DNA from: Octopus sinensis
Taxonomy: Eukaryota
NCBI RefSeq assembly: GCF_006345805.1
Contig: NC_043004.1
Span: 47,926,001-47,990,000 of the forward strand
DNA: 64,000 nt
Direction: 5' to 3'
Position numbers and translations under genes: made by a program. The notes under the pieces were generated by a model that saw only the letters and a program-made list of their open reading frames with translations, made no database searches and had not been told where the DNA came from. Below, in pieces: positions 13,497 through 26,399 of the stretch. Each line of letters begins with the position of its first letter. Within the stretch, counting starts at the first letter, position 1.

Positions 13497-14500
13497 TTGA
13501 AAAAGATATTTCGGAAAATATTTATTTTTATGAAAATGAATTCGGAGGACAAGTCTTCTAGCCCTGACAAAGCTAACCAAAGAGCAACTGTAAAACAAGA
13601 CAAAATGAACGAAAACGTGAACGAAAGCCACATAAATGCAGTAAACGGAAAAAGGAACCAAGAAGGAAAAATAAACGCTGAAAACGATAGAATGAATAAC
13701 GGAAAAGTAAACCCAACAGAAGACAACCAAAAGAAGTGAGAAAAAGTGTGAGAAAAAGTTAATTGAACATAGAGCTAGATTCACAGCAGCAACACAGAGG
13801 TATGTTCGAAAGGGAAGGTTTTGATGTTAGAGCCTCCCTAACGAACTCATCGAAGAAACAAAGAGGAAAGTAATAACATATAAGACAATGATAATAAAAG
13901 ACAAGAAAATAGACAAGGCATCCAAAGAACAAATTAAGAAGTGTCTACAACTCATCTGGCAAGACATCGAGTTCTTTACTAGAGGGAGAAGATACGCCAC
14001 AATAGTGGTGTACTTCAAAATTGAGGAAAATGCTAAAAAACACTCGCTCCAACCGATAAAAACCAATGAAGTCATTTTATTACCAACTTATATGGGTAGG
14101 AGAACATCCGAAATAGTTATTGAGGAAATCCCACCAGAAATAAATGTCATCTGGATTATCTCAGCCTTTCTAATGGGGCTTGAGGATAAAATCAAGATGA
14201 TTGAAGCTTCCAGAATACAACAGAACTGTCGGAGCCAAGGGCTAAAGATCATAATCCAAGCGCCCACCACCCCACCCCCACCCTTAGACGTTAGAAGAAA
14301 TTGCTGAGAACATCCACATCGGAGAAGAAACCACCTTGCGGGTAGTGGTGGAGGGTAGGAAAGCCAGATGCTACGAATTTGGTGAAAAAGGCCACATTCA
14401 GGAAAACTGTCCCACCCGCAAGGAGAAGAAAAGAAGAAGAAGAAGAAGAAGAAGAAGAAGAAGAAGAAGAAGAAGAAGAAGAAGAAGAAGAAGAAAGAAC
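13497..14500 (+). pseudogene. LINE ORF1 (gag-like) relic: basic N-terminus, RRM-like segment, degenerate CCHC knuckle, K/E-rich tail
   Basis: LLPTYMGRRTSEIVIEEIPPEI; CYEFGEKGHIQENC at 14369-14410 (CX2CX4HX4C with the second C mutated); (GAA)n at about 14430-14495. Confidence 0.75.
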
Positions 14501-14530
14501 AAAATAAATTAGAACAAAACAAAAAGACCG

Positions 14531-16220
14531 AACTGTGGCGCGGGTAAGGTGCCAGTGCTGGGTGGTCTACCCTACAAGTTATATAAGAGTATGCCGGACT
14601 TGTTTGGACATCTATTGGCGTTTGTCTACGCGAATTAGCAACAGAATGGGCTCATCCCCAGATCTGTACGCCAGGGAGTGGTGACGCTCGTCAGAAAGGG
14701 CTTGAATAAGAGGATATCGTTGATAATTTTAGGCCCATCAGGCTTTTTTCTAAGCCGTTCACATCAAATGCTCGGTTCGTTAAGGATGTCCGCTTTCCCT
14801 GCTCTTGAACCATTGCTGAGAAAGCTGAGCAGCATTCCAAGACAGCCAGGTTGTGAGTTGTCGGTTTCAGCCTACGCGGATACCACCATCATCGTGGCCA
14901 AAATGGCTCACCTTCAAAGAGTTGGCAAGGCTATTGATGAATACGAAACGATGGCAGGAGCAAAAGTTAATCGTGAAAAATCAATCGGCATGCAGCTCGG
15001 CACCCGGAGAGGCAAATCGATACCTCCTGACAGCATCGCGGGACATTGGACGGTGGGTCGATTAAGTTGCTAAGGTTTTGTTCGGACCAGACCTCCAAAT
15101 AGAGAAGAATTTGGCTGAGGTATCGAGCATGGGGACCCACATTGCCAAGATCTGGTCTTGGCGGTGACTATCCATGAAAGGGAGGGCGGAGGTGGCCAAT
15201 GTGTTTATCGCATCGGTCATCACATACCGCCTAACCGTCGTGCCTTGTCCTGATTCGTGATCGATCAAGCCGGAAAGGCAGATCTTCCACTTCTTGTAGC
15301 AGGGCTCGAGACCGCTTGTGAGATACTCTATTTGCTGTCAACAACCGTTAAAGGGTGGGCTAGGGATGCCTTGACTATTGATGCGCAGACATGTGCTGAG
15401 GCTGGGGCACCTGGATGGTGAACGGGTGTGATCTTCGCTAGCGAAGCAGATGTTTCCCAGGTTCACTAGTTTCGATGGACGGGAAACCTGGTTTAATCGT
15501 AGAGCGAAGTTAGGTACATGGTATACGGAGTGTCGCAAGGCACTCCTGCTTTTCCGTCGCTTTTCCGTCGCTCGGGCAATGTCTGTGGTAGTGGTTTGAC
15601 CGCTGTCTTTTATAGAGGGTTTGTACAGGCAGAATGCGATGATACATTGGGGGAGAACCTAGATTTTGACGATAATTAGCTGGCCAATCTGTTCCAATGT
15701 ACATTCGGTCTGAAGACCCTGGTTAATTTTCAGAAGTCTTTGGCATGGCAGTCTTACCGCGGGGCCTTACCTGTCCGGGATAAACTCTCATGGAACTGTG
15801 TCCGAGACACTGTGATCTGTCCAAGATGTGGGCGGGACAAGGAAGCCGTCCCGCACGCTATTGTTCAGTGCCCAGAAGTGTCTGACATGTGGGTTTATGC
15901 CGAACAACTGATGTCATGTAGAGGAAGCGTACAGCTGTCGACTGAATCTATAGTGAAAATTAACCCACCGGATTTCTTAACGAAAGAAGGTAAGAATTGT
16001 TTTCTCTCTGTAGTAGCAACTGCGAGAGGGCCTATATGGGGGCAAGAATGAAAGGAATAACGTCAGGCACCTTCATTTCTGGTCCTGATCTGTTGAATTT
16101 TTTCATTTTCCACCTAAAAAAGATAGTTAAGGCTGGAGAGGAGATGTTTGACTGAAGACATGTTTGGAAAAAGATGGAGGAATGTCGCACGAATGTTGGG
16201 CATGAAAGACTCCGCGTGAA
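14531..16220 (+). pseudogene. LINE ORF2 relic (RT and zf-RVT-like C-terminus) with frameshifts and stops
   Basis: GKVPVLGGLPY...DNFRPI, GCPL, SAYADT at 14873, GGLGMP, CPRCGRDKEAVPHAIVQC. Confidence 0.85.
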
Positions 16221-16451
16221 TGCGATATGGTTTGAAAACCCAGGTCAGTGGTAAGACGGGGTTCGTGGGGTCCGTTATAAACCAGCCTCCACTCCATGTG
16301 TTATGTCGTATTGTGTCCTATCATCATCCGTACTATATACAATAATGTATTTAGAATTTTTAAAAGGACCCCAATTGCATTTCATGTAAAATCATTCGAT
16401 TTCAATGCGCAGTCCCTTCTATATATGTCCTTTTGGATAATAAAAATATTA

Positions 16452-16770
16452 AGAAACGTTAGCACGCAGTGAGAATTTATTAGCGGTATTTCGTCTGCCG
16501 CTACGTTCTGAGTTCAAATTCCGCCGAGGTCGACTTTGCCTTTCATCCTTTCGGGGTCGATTAAATAAGTACCAGTTACGCACTGGGGTCGATATAATCG
16601 ACTTAATCCGTTTGTCTGTCCTTGTTCGTCCCCTCTGTGTTTAACCCCTTGTGGGTAGTAAAGGAATAGGTATTTCGTCTGTCATTTACATTCTGAGTTC
16701 AAATTCCGCCGTTGTCAGCTTTGCTTTTCATTCTTTCGGGGTCGATTAATTAAGTACCGGTTACGCACCA
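16452..16770 (+). mobile_element. SINE B1 body and tail, followed by a second headless B body
   Basis: Tail ccccttgtgggtagtaaaggaata runs straight into ggtatttcgtctg...gagttcaaattcc. Confidence 0.88.
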
Positions 16771-17886
16771 CCTTTATTGTTGTTATTGCTATTAACATAA
16801 TAGTTTTACTGTTGTTGCTAATTATTCTACTTCATTCCTCTTATTTTTCCTCGTGCTGCTGAAGCCATACAACCAGTTTTGAGGTTACCGTCAATGTATT
16901 AGATCAAACATTATTGCAATAATGTTTTATGCATCTAACTAACATCCTTCTCCAATCTATATCCACGTGAAAGAGTTAACTCTAAGCTAATGAGACATTC
17001 TTTATTTGCACACTACTTTCAGTTCTATCACCTTATTTTTGTTTTTATTTTATAGTCAAGATGGAAGGCAGTATCCATGAATTTTTACAGAGCTTTCTTG
17101 GGTAATGGAAGGAAGAGAAGGGTGAAGCTATCCTCTGAACGAAGACTTATCTCAAATACTTGGAAGAAAGAGGAATCTTCTGAAGTTATGCAAAGTGCCA
17201 GGTGGTGGTGTTAAACAGGGAAAACAGTGAGACATGTAGACGTATGTGTTTCTTGTATATCACCATGTTGACAAAGTGAACCGAACCTATGAAATACTTT
17301 CTAGATCTGTAGTGGAGAAAACTTCATCTTCGAAGTTTGATACGAAAGCAATTTACCGGAACTGAAAATTCGAAAACCACCCGATCAAGAAATTTTAAAA
17401 TTACTTATGGAAAACAAAAAAAAAACAATTCAGGCTTCAACACCAAAGGTATAATTCAATGAAATACTTATGCATTTCTAAGTTTAACGATTCCGATTAC
17501 TTTACTACAGATGCTGAACGCGGCCTTACGACTTCCTACGTTCTTGCACTTCACGTCTGATACTATAAATTGTTCTCTTAGTCACTGTCTTGAAATGCCA
17601 ACCAAATTTTCTTTGAATTGAACCTGCATTAATAAAAAAATTATTTAATACAAATGCTAAATAAGCTCCTACGTGTCCGTTCATTCTTGCATTTCACGTC
17701 TGACGCTGTTAAATGTTCTCTTAGTCACTTGCCCTATCTTAAAATGCCGACCAAATATCCTTGGAATTCACTCAGCATTAATAAAAATGCATAGATATTC
17801 TATAAAAATTAGTCTTGTATATAATATTCCCAAAAAGAAGTCGGCATTGTCACAATGGAAGTTTCATGTGAAGGATAAAGATTCGA

Positions 17887-18319
17887 GGATCTTTTCGGTT
17901 TGAACGGCAGTTTTTTCTAGAGGTGTCATATGAAATTGTCACCCATAATTATGACCCTGGTATCGATCTATTGCATTTCAATCTGTTTTAGGGTTAGGAT
18001 TAGTTAGGGTTAGGGTTAGGGGTAGGGGTAGGGGGAAGGGTATATTTTTTTCTTCACAAATAAACCCAATCTGTTTCTTAAACGAGGGACATATTCATAT
18101 GGCACAGAGTGTTTTGACCTCAATAGACGGTCATTGATAGGTTGAAATTGCCGAAATGCAAGAAATTAAAGACCAAATATCTTATAAACTATAGAATTTT
18201 GTAATATTACCCAAGAGAAAAAGATGTTTTATAAACACATTCTACCAGTATACGAAGTTTAAAATATTTTAGTTACCTAGAAATTATGTTAAAAACTGCC
18301 GTTCAAACCGAAAAGATCC
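17887..18319 (+). mobile_element. TTAGGG MITE (copy 3)
   Basis: TIRs present; TSD agattcga at 17879-17886 and 18320-18327. Confidence 0.95.
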
Positions 18320-19178
18320 AGATTCGATACTAGAGTGATAGCTCCATCGACTGTTAAATATAATGGCTCTGAATACAAAATGGCTTTGGTTTTGAGATTT
18401 GAAACATCGACATTTCGCCCCATATACTATTATCCTATCAGATTTTCTAGCAAAAATTCTTTCACTTATAGAATTATCAGATAAGATTTTATAAAATATA
18501 TAAAAAAAACTTCACACCAGGCAATGAATGCATGCCTTCCTTGGTAACAATGATAAACAATGAAGTGACCTCTAAAATGCAGAGAGAGCAAACATTCGAA
18601 ACGATTTGATAGCTTGCTGAGGAAAAATATAGCTGCTGTGAAAAGATGAAAGAGATTTTAATACAGGCTTTGGCTGAAGTGGTGGAGTTTGTAAAATGGG
18701 GAGGGAATATGAGTGAAGTGGAGAGAGAGAGGGGGGGGGGAGAGTGAGGCGAGGAGCGGGGTGGTGGGTGAATCGGGAAATAAATAAACAAACGAATAAA
18801 TACATAGATAAAAGCAAAAACAGAAAATATAGAGAAAAATATATAAATGCAACAATAAAAAGCAAGCAACAACAGCATTGGACGAGAACTAAGGAACAAT
18901 ATCACAAAGGAAAAACACACAGTCGATGGTGTAATACAGCTTTAGTTGTATAATCGCTTCATAATCTAAAAAGAAGAAAAACAACAGCTAACATCTTTTC
19001 AGCCATTTTATCTTTCATTTTTTTTTTAATGGAAGATAAAATATAAATCAAACAGTTATGTTATTATTATTTCATTGAATTTCACTCAATCAGTTGTTGT
19101 CCAAACCATATTAAAACCTCTGACTAATCCGGTCATATAAACTGTCAAAAACGACTGTTATCTTCATCCCCACCAAAC

Positions 19179-19251
<73 letters not shown>

Positions 19252-20265
19252 TTCTCTCATTCTCTCTCTCTCTCACACGCTCATATACACATCCACATTC
19301 ACTCACTCATATACACACACACACAATTCTCACGCATATCTACTCAACGCACCATCTCTCGCTTTTTCTCTCCCACCGTTTCTCTCATCGTCTCTCTGAT
19401 CCTCTCTCTCTCTCTCTATCCATCTCCAACCCAGTCTCTCTGTCTCTCTCAGTTAAGCTCTATGTCGATTTAACCACTTTAATCATGTTCTAACAAACAC
19501 ATAACAACTAAGCATTCGAAAGTTTTTTTGTTTTTTTTTTTATTTTTTACTATTTCACCTTGATTTTATTGGTTGAAAAGCCTTTGTAGTTTTATTGCTA
19601 CGTCTATTGTTATTATTGTCGAAAATAATAATGGATTGGCAGATTCGGTTTAGCGTCGGACAACATGCCTTACGGGATTTCGTTCTATCCCTTTACGTGC
19701 TGAGTTCTGAATTCAAGTCCCGCCGAATTTAAATATTGCCTTTCATCCTTCCAAGGTTGATAAAGTAACTGCTAGTCAAGTACTACTATAGATTTATTGA
19801 ACTGCAGCCCTCTCTCGCCATTATGTATGGTTTTTTTCTTATATCTATCCATAGGAGAAATTATTATATAGTGGTCGAGTGTTAGCACAGAATTGAATGT
19901 CTCTTAATATTTATTTCACTCTCCATTGAGGTTGAATTTTGCCTTTCATTCCGTATGGGTATTACCATAGGTTTACCTTGTATGGTTTTAGTTAGGTAAT
20001 ATTACAACTGGTATTGAGGAGGGGGGAGGAATGGGAAGTAGAAGAAGAAGAAGAGGAGGAGGAGGTGGTAGAGCAGCAGTAGCAGCAGCAGGAGGGGGTG
20101 TGGTAGTTGTTGTTTGAAGAAAAATGAATTATTATTTAGTTTCGTTCTTCTACATCTTGTAGTCAAATTAAACCAAGTCAACTTTCCTTTCCGTCATTCT
20201 GTGGTCAAGAAATAACTTACACATCCGTAATTTAGATTTCGCGGTCATGTGCCTACAAGAAAAAC

Positions 20266-20300
<35 letters not shown>

Positions 20301-20325
20301 TATTATTATTATTATTATCATTATT

Positions 20326-20447
20326 AGGTTGACTGTGCCTTTCATCCTTTCGGTGTCAATGAAATAAGTACCAGTTAGGCACTGGGGTTGATATAATCGA
20401 CTACACTCCTCCCCTAAAATTACAGGCTTTGTGCTTATAGTTGAAAG
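20326..20447 (+). mobile_element. SINE B2 3' half between (TTA)n and (TAG)n tracts
   Basis: Core ttgactgtgcctttcatcctttcgg...gtaccag plus B2 tail. Confidence 0.8.
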
Positions 20448-20450
20448 GAT

Positions 20451-20501
<51 letters not shown>

Positions 20502-20554
20502 CAGCAGCAGCAGCAGCAGTAGTAGTAGCAGCAGCAGTAGTAGTAGTAGTAGTA

Positions 20555-20592
<38 letters not shown>
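20448..20592. repeat. (TAG)n/(CAG)n compound microsatellite
   Basis: Direct reading. Confidence 0.95.
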
Positions 20593-20594
<2 letters not shown>

Positions 20595-20595
20595 T

Positions 20596-21030
20596 TTTAT
20601 CTGCTTGTTTGTTACAATCACTTACCGAGACACACCTAGAGTTCTGGGGCGAGTGAAGTATAAGTGGTGTTATAGTATGAGTGAAGGCTTGGGAGAGGGG
20701 AAGTGGCAGGAGCAGTAGCGAAATATCTTCACATAATATATCACAAACATATAAGTGGGTAGGATTTTTCTAAGGATGTGGGCAGTACATGTCAGCACAA
20801 TCTTTCGGATTTCTATGAGACATGGTTCTCCTGGGATGTTATCTAGATGTTTCTAACATACATTTTCTATCATATCTAGGGCACTTACAATAACAGGAAC
20901 AATTCTGGTTTGAAGATTCCACATCTTTTGTATTTCAATTTCCAGGCCCTTGTATTTACTTCATTTGTCACATTCCTTTACAGATATATTTTTATCAGTG
21001 GGAACACCTACATATATTAGTCTACGAATC
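20596..21030 (-). pseudogene. R4/Dong-like non-LTR element 3' end (restriction-like endonuclease C-terminus and 3' UTR)
   Basis: Minus-strand translation LIYVGVPTDKNISVKECDK*SKYKGLEIEIQKMWNLQTRIVPVIVSAL...TAHILRKIL fits the RLE K..KY..L motif and R4-type tail. Confidence 0.8.
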
Positions 21031-21088
21031 TTTTTTTCCTGTATTTTATTACACTCCTTCTCATTCTTATTCTTATTATTATTATTAT

Positions 21089-21126
<38 letters not shown>

Positions 21127-21141
21127 TGGTGGTGGTGGTAT

Positions 21142-21624
21142 TGAGTGAGAGAGCAGTGCATGTCATCAAAGTGACACGGGTAAAATATACTAAGCTCAAT
21201 ATACCCATCATGACTACCCTTCTACTAAGAGTTTACCAGGCGCATGCATCACAACCATAAGTGCGCAAAATCATGATCTCATGCAGGTGGGGCCCAGTTA
21301 GAATTTTCTCCATGTCGTGTAGCCCACCCGATCAAAAGGTCCCTGAATAATGGTCTTTTAACGATGTTGAACGAAAGACCCATGTTACCAAAGGTGAATT
21401 ACCCAAACTCCAAAGAATTCCTTTCAACACATGGCTATGATGCTCCCACAGGGATTCACACATCGTCACCACTAAGAGACATGCTCAACTGGTTAAGGTT
21501 AAACAACTGACTAGCAAATCTATGGTATTGAACAGAATATTTGCTGTAGCCCTTTTTTTATACCAAGACAAAACAATGTCCATGATAATACTTCCAATTA
21601 ATTAAGATGAGAAATCATGAGAGC

Positions 21625-21630
<6 letters not shown>
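21142..21630 (+). mobile_element. Unclassified interspersed repeat, family F
   Basis: Starts gagtgagagagcagtgcatgtcatcaaagtgacac, as at 3429; preceded by (TAG)n/(GGT)n; no coding motif recognised. Confidence 0.6.
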
Positions 21631-21878
<248 letters not shown>

Positions 21879-22299
21879 TTAAGTGGCAGGTATGTTGTCT
21901 TGAGGTTTGGTGACGAATTTCCTCAAATCTCCAATACCTTTCTTACGATCTTTTCAGAATGCTGGATAACACTTTACTGTTGACTAGTAATGCGAGACTA
22001 AGTTTTGATATCGTTCAGCCTCTTAGCTTGTAAATTTGATCCTGTGCCAAGTGCACCAATTGTCCTCCACTCAGGACATTTTCCCCTTTCCGACGAAGAG
22101 TCATGCACGAAATGTCATTTCCACTCTAATTTTTCCATCTAAAGCTTTCGCTGAGCGTCAGTCTAATATAATCACTGTGTACGTCTGATTGACTTTTAAT
22201 GCCTTTTCCTGTTTTTATTTTTCATGTGACTTTACATTCATACATACATAATGCATACATACAGTCATACACACATACTTACATATATATATATATATA

Positions 22300-22625
22300 A
22301 TAACAATTTAATAAATAAAACATATGCATACATACATATATGTATATACCTACATCCATATGTATATATACATATATATATGAGTACAGGACACCACAAA
22401 TAAACGTAGAACACAACGAGAAACGAAAACATAGAAACAAAACAAGGAAACGGACTTTTTTAACCACGAAAAAACAGAGTACACGACAAACAACAGAGGG
22501 AACATTCCCCTTCTTCAACTGCCCCTGTTTCGACTCATTGCATATCAAAAAGCAGCAAAAAATATCACAAAAACTGTTACTCAGAGTTTCACGTTCCCAT
22601 TCGTCGGGCAATTTTGTTTAGAATG
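22300..22625 (-). mobile_element. Short non-coding element, family HH2 (Penelope-like non-autonomous candidate)
   Basis: Shares gagtacaggacaccacaa...gtagaacacaacgagaaacgaaaac with 35245-35300 and its terminal motif with 41549-41603. Confidence 0.65.
22569..22616 (-). ncRNA. Minimal type-I hammerhead ribozyme candidate (HH2)
   Basis: Reverse complement reads aaaattgc-CCGACGA-ATG GGAA CGT-GAA-ACTC t GAGT-A-acagttttt: core, stem II, stem III, GUA cleavage triplet and stem I. U4 is C. Confidence 0.6.
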
Positions 22626-23121
22626 GAACAAAAGCTAGGTTATAAGCAAAAATATACAATTAGTTTAATAGATACACATTTGAAAGTGGTTTTGTTTCAT
22701 TGGTCATTTCAACAACCTGTCTTTTTCATGATGGTTGCATGCAATGAACAAATTGCGGTATAAAACATCTTTTTATGAAAAATTGAAGAAAACCTTAAAG
22801 CGAAAATAGCTTATAAAAGAGGGTAGAGCCTGAATACCCATGGTAAACAATTATCTGTAAAATATTAATCAATTAACACATTAAAAGCTATATCCGTTTA
22901 AAATTTTTTCACTTTAGATTACGTATACATTTAGCAGTATATACACATACAGAACCATCAATAATATACATATATACACTAAACATACAGACACCTGTAA
23001 CAACTAGCCTGTATAACCATACGCGAGTAGGTTTTGTGCGCGTGCGTGTGTGTCCGTACATACATATATAAGCATTTGTATATATATTTATGTCTTACCT
23101 ACATATGTCTGTATATATATA

Positions 23122-23352
23122 TGTTTCTTTATTACCCACAAGGGGCTAAACATAGACGGGACAAACAAGGACAGACAAACGAATTAAGTGGATTACATCG
23201 ACCCCAGTGCGTAACTGGTACTTAATTTATCGACCTCGAAAGGATGAAAGGCAAAGTCGACCTCGGCGGAATTTGAACTCACAACGTAACGGCAGACGAA
23301 ATACGGTTACGCATTTCGCCCGGCATGCTAACGGTTCTGCCAGCTCGCCGCC
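23122..23352 (-). mobile_element. SINE B1, full length, about 19-20-bp TSD
   Basis: TSD atatgtctgtatatatata at 23103-23121 and 23354-23372; ends ...gtgggtaataaagaaacatat. Confidence 0.93.
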
Positions 23353-24499
23353 TATATGTCTGTATATATATATAGTATGTACATGCGACTGTATGTTTAG
23401 TGTATATATGTATATTATAGATTGTTTCGTATGTGTATATACTGCTAAATGTACATGTAATCCAACGTGAAACTTTTTAAACGGATATAACTTTTAATGT
23501 GTTAATTCATTAATATTTCACAGATAATTATTTACCCTGAGTATTTAGGTTCTGCCCTTCTTTATAAGTTATTTTCGATTTAAGGTTCTTTTCGATTCTT
23601 TATAATAAGATGATGTTTTTATACCGCAATTTTTTCATTGCATGCAATCGTCATGAAAAAGAAAAAAGGCCGTTAGTTGAAAGGACCAATGAAGTAAAAC
23701 CATGTATGTATGTATGTATGTATGTATGTATGGGTATGTGTGTGCAGTTATATATATGAATCCATACAGAAGTTAATCTCGCTCATTGATGTATCTAGTT
23801 GATATTCCAATAGATTGTGTACACTTAAAGTGTGTCCCATATCTACCATCAACTTCTACTATACGCATTAATCTATCTAATTCTCCTTTCGATTTACAGA
23901 TATATCATTATTTCAACTGTAATACTTGACAGTATTCAATAATAGTAGGATATGATAATAATAGCATTATTTTATATTGTTGTTGTTGTTACTACTGCTG
24001 CTGTTGCTGCTCTTACAATAATAATTCTGTATAAAATAACTTTCTATTTTTATCAATTCATTAGACTTTTTCTCGTACAAGGATTCATTTTTATTTTTGT
24101 AAGCATAATTTTATTGTATTGTCAGCAAATCGTTTGCATGACTTTACACTCCTTTAACCCCCCACCAACCACCACTTCCTTATTTGGAAATGCATCATCG
24201 AATCAAAACAAGAATTCCAATCTAAGCCACTCCTCACTTTCCCTGCACCACCAACGCCATCAATTTTTAGCTGTACCTTTCACTGGCATGTCTTTGTTAC
24301 CTTTTCCTCCTTTCTCTTTCTTCATTAAACTTGATGTCGTTTTTACCTTATTTTACCCTTACCGTTTTTACCTTACTCTCCTATCGCCCTCTTTCTCACT
24401 TACTAAACTGTAGGCGGTGACTTGGCGGATACGTTAGAGCGTCGATCGAAATACCTTCCGGTATATATTTCAGTTGCTTCAATTCTGAGGTCAAGGGCT

Positions 24500-25070
24500 T
24501 CCCAAGGTCAAATTGCCTTCTATCCTGTGTTCAATAAAGAAAGCATCAGCTGCTGCGTTCTGTGTTCAAATCTTGATGTAGCCCATTTAGGTGGTAAATT
24601 TAATTTGCCATGCCATTTAACACCGTCACCAAATGCTTGAAAGATTTTAGTTGTAAATATTCTGGTCAGATCTCCAACTTGAAGATACCTGACTCCCTTC
24701 CTCAATTCAGTGACCAAAAATAAATTTTTGTCATTCCATCGGAATCCATTGTTCGATAGTTTATTGAACAAGATATTGTTGTCAACCATGTCGAAGGCCT
24801 TGCTGATATCCAGGTGGAGGAATTCTGCCTTGCAACCCTCTCCAAGAGACTTTGGTGTACCATTAAAGTGTTGCAGGGTCCGTGTTAGGCAGTCCCTGTC
24901 ACTGCGAAAGCCACACTGGTTAGGAATAAGTAGGCAGTTACTTACTAGGAAGTAAATTACTCGAGATCTCATCACGCTCTCAAATAATTTGATGATATGA
25001 GAGGTTAATGAGATCGGTCGGTTATTTACTGCCAGCGCTTTGATGCCCTGTTTGAAAACTAGGACAGAAA
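24500..25070 (-). pseudogene. CR1/L2-type LINE reverse transcriptase fragment
   Basis: NNRPISLTSHIIK, NQCGFRSDRDC, LHLDISKAFDMVDN. Confidence 0.85.
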
Positions 25071-25119
25071 TATGACCAACGTCCAGTAATTTCTAATATG
25101 TAGAAATTATGCATTATAC

Positions 25120-25168
<49 letters not shown>

Positions 25169-25917
25169 TATATATATACACACAAACATAATTAAGTGTT
25201 TAGCAACAAGTTGCTTCACCACATACCGAAAATTTATAAATAGCAGTCAGAACAGCTAATTCTTCTAACTTATTGCTAAACCCTTATGTTTATAATTATA
25301 AAAATCTTTTTGTATAAGTTTTTACCGATAATGGGTTTTTTTCCATACCGAAGCTACTGGGTAAAATTTGTTAATTATTAAATTAATAATTCTTTACCCT
25401 ATATATATAACTTATACAATATATATATACAATATTTGCATAATATGTATGTGTGAGTGTGTGTATGTGCCATCCATATACATATATATACACACACACA
25501 CATATACATACATATACTGTATATAATGTAGATGGCCAAGGTTGGTCCAGAACCCGACTGACTTAAAAGAACCAATTGATTGAATTCATCTAGTCATTTT
25601 AAAGTCGAGTTTTGTGCCATAGCCCATTAAGGCAGTGAGTTGTTGTTCAGTAAGATGTATCGCGATATAAATGGTTTATTATCCCTTGAAGAAATTTTTC
25701 GTGATATTGTTTGAAGCTTATGGTATCTTTTCCTTCTTTGACTTGTTCTGATATAATATTAATTATAGCAGGGACTGTTGAAGAAACTGTAGAGTAACTG
25801 TTGCAATGTAGGGTATATGTTCCGTGTCTGGTTTGCATAGAGGAGTAAGACACGAAATTCTCGCCTTTTGGTGAATTCTAAACTGGATGTTAATGTCGCT
25901 TAGAGCAATGATGGTGG

Positions 25918-26128
25918 TAGAATCGTTAGCATGCCAGGCGAAATGCTTAGTGGTATTTCGTCTGCCACAACGTTCTGAGTTCAAATTCCGCCGAGGTCGA
26001 CATTGCCTTTCATCCTTTCGGGGTCGATTAAATAAGTACCAGTTACGCACTGGGGTCGATATAATCGACTTAATCCATTTGTCTGTCCTCTCTGTGTTTA
26101 GCCCCTTGTGGGTAGTAAAGAAATAGGT
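25918..26128 (+). mobile_element. SINE B1
   Basis: Head remnant, B box, core, B1 tail ending gtaaagaaataggtat. Confidence 0.9.
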
Positions 26129-26230
26129 ATATTCTCCATGTGGTGTTTGCGGTGTTATGGGCTGTGATGATCTATGTGGTGTTGGTGGAGAGGATGGTAG
26201 ATGGGGCAAAAGGGAAGTGAAGACTGCAGG

Positions 26231-26381
26231 GGCCGGCGGAAGAATGAAAGGCGCATGCGTGGGCAGGAAGCACGTGTGGTCAGGAAGCACGCTTGGTCAG
26301 TTCGAGCAAAGACGGCAGAGAGACAAGACTTGTTTAATTCGTGAGAGTGACCGCTGATTTCGCCGAGGTCAACAGGTAAGA
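26231..26381 (+). promoter_or_regulatory. Candidate Pol II promoter, first non-coding exon and splice donor
   Basis: GC-rich patch with GCGCATGCG (26251), CAGGAAG twice (26264, 26281), CACGTG (26271), TCAGTT (26297) and CAG|GTAAGA (donor 26376). Confidence 0.4.
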
Positions 26382-26399
26382 CCTTTTGTATTTCTTTCT

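Larger units (their letters stand above)
13317..16451 (+). mobile_element. Tx1/L1-clade LINE with both ends and a 15-bp TSD, internally deleted (endonuclease domain and part of RT missing)
   Basis: TSD agaaacgttagcacg at 13302-13316 and 16452-16466; ORF1 relic, RT relic, C-terminal Zn motif, AATAAA at 16439-16444. Confidence 0.88.

Noticed and set aside
17040-17110. Possible small exon (ttttatag|...ttgg|gtaatg)
   Set aside because: Splice-like signals alone are common in AT-rich DNA and the peptide is not recognisable.
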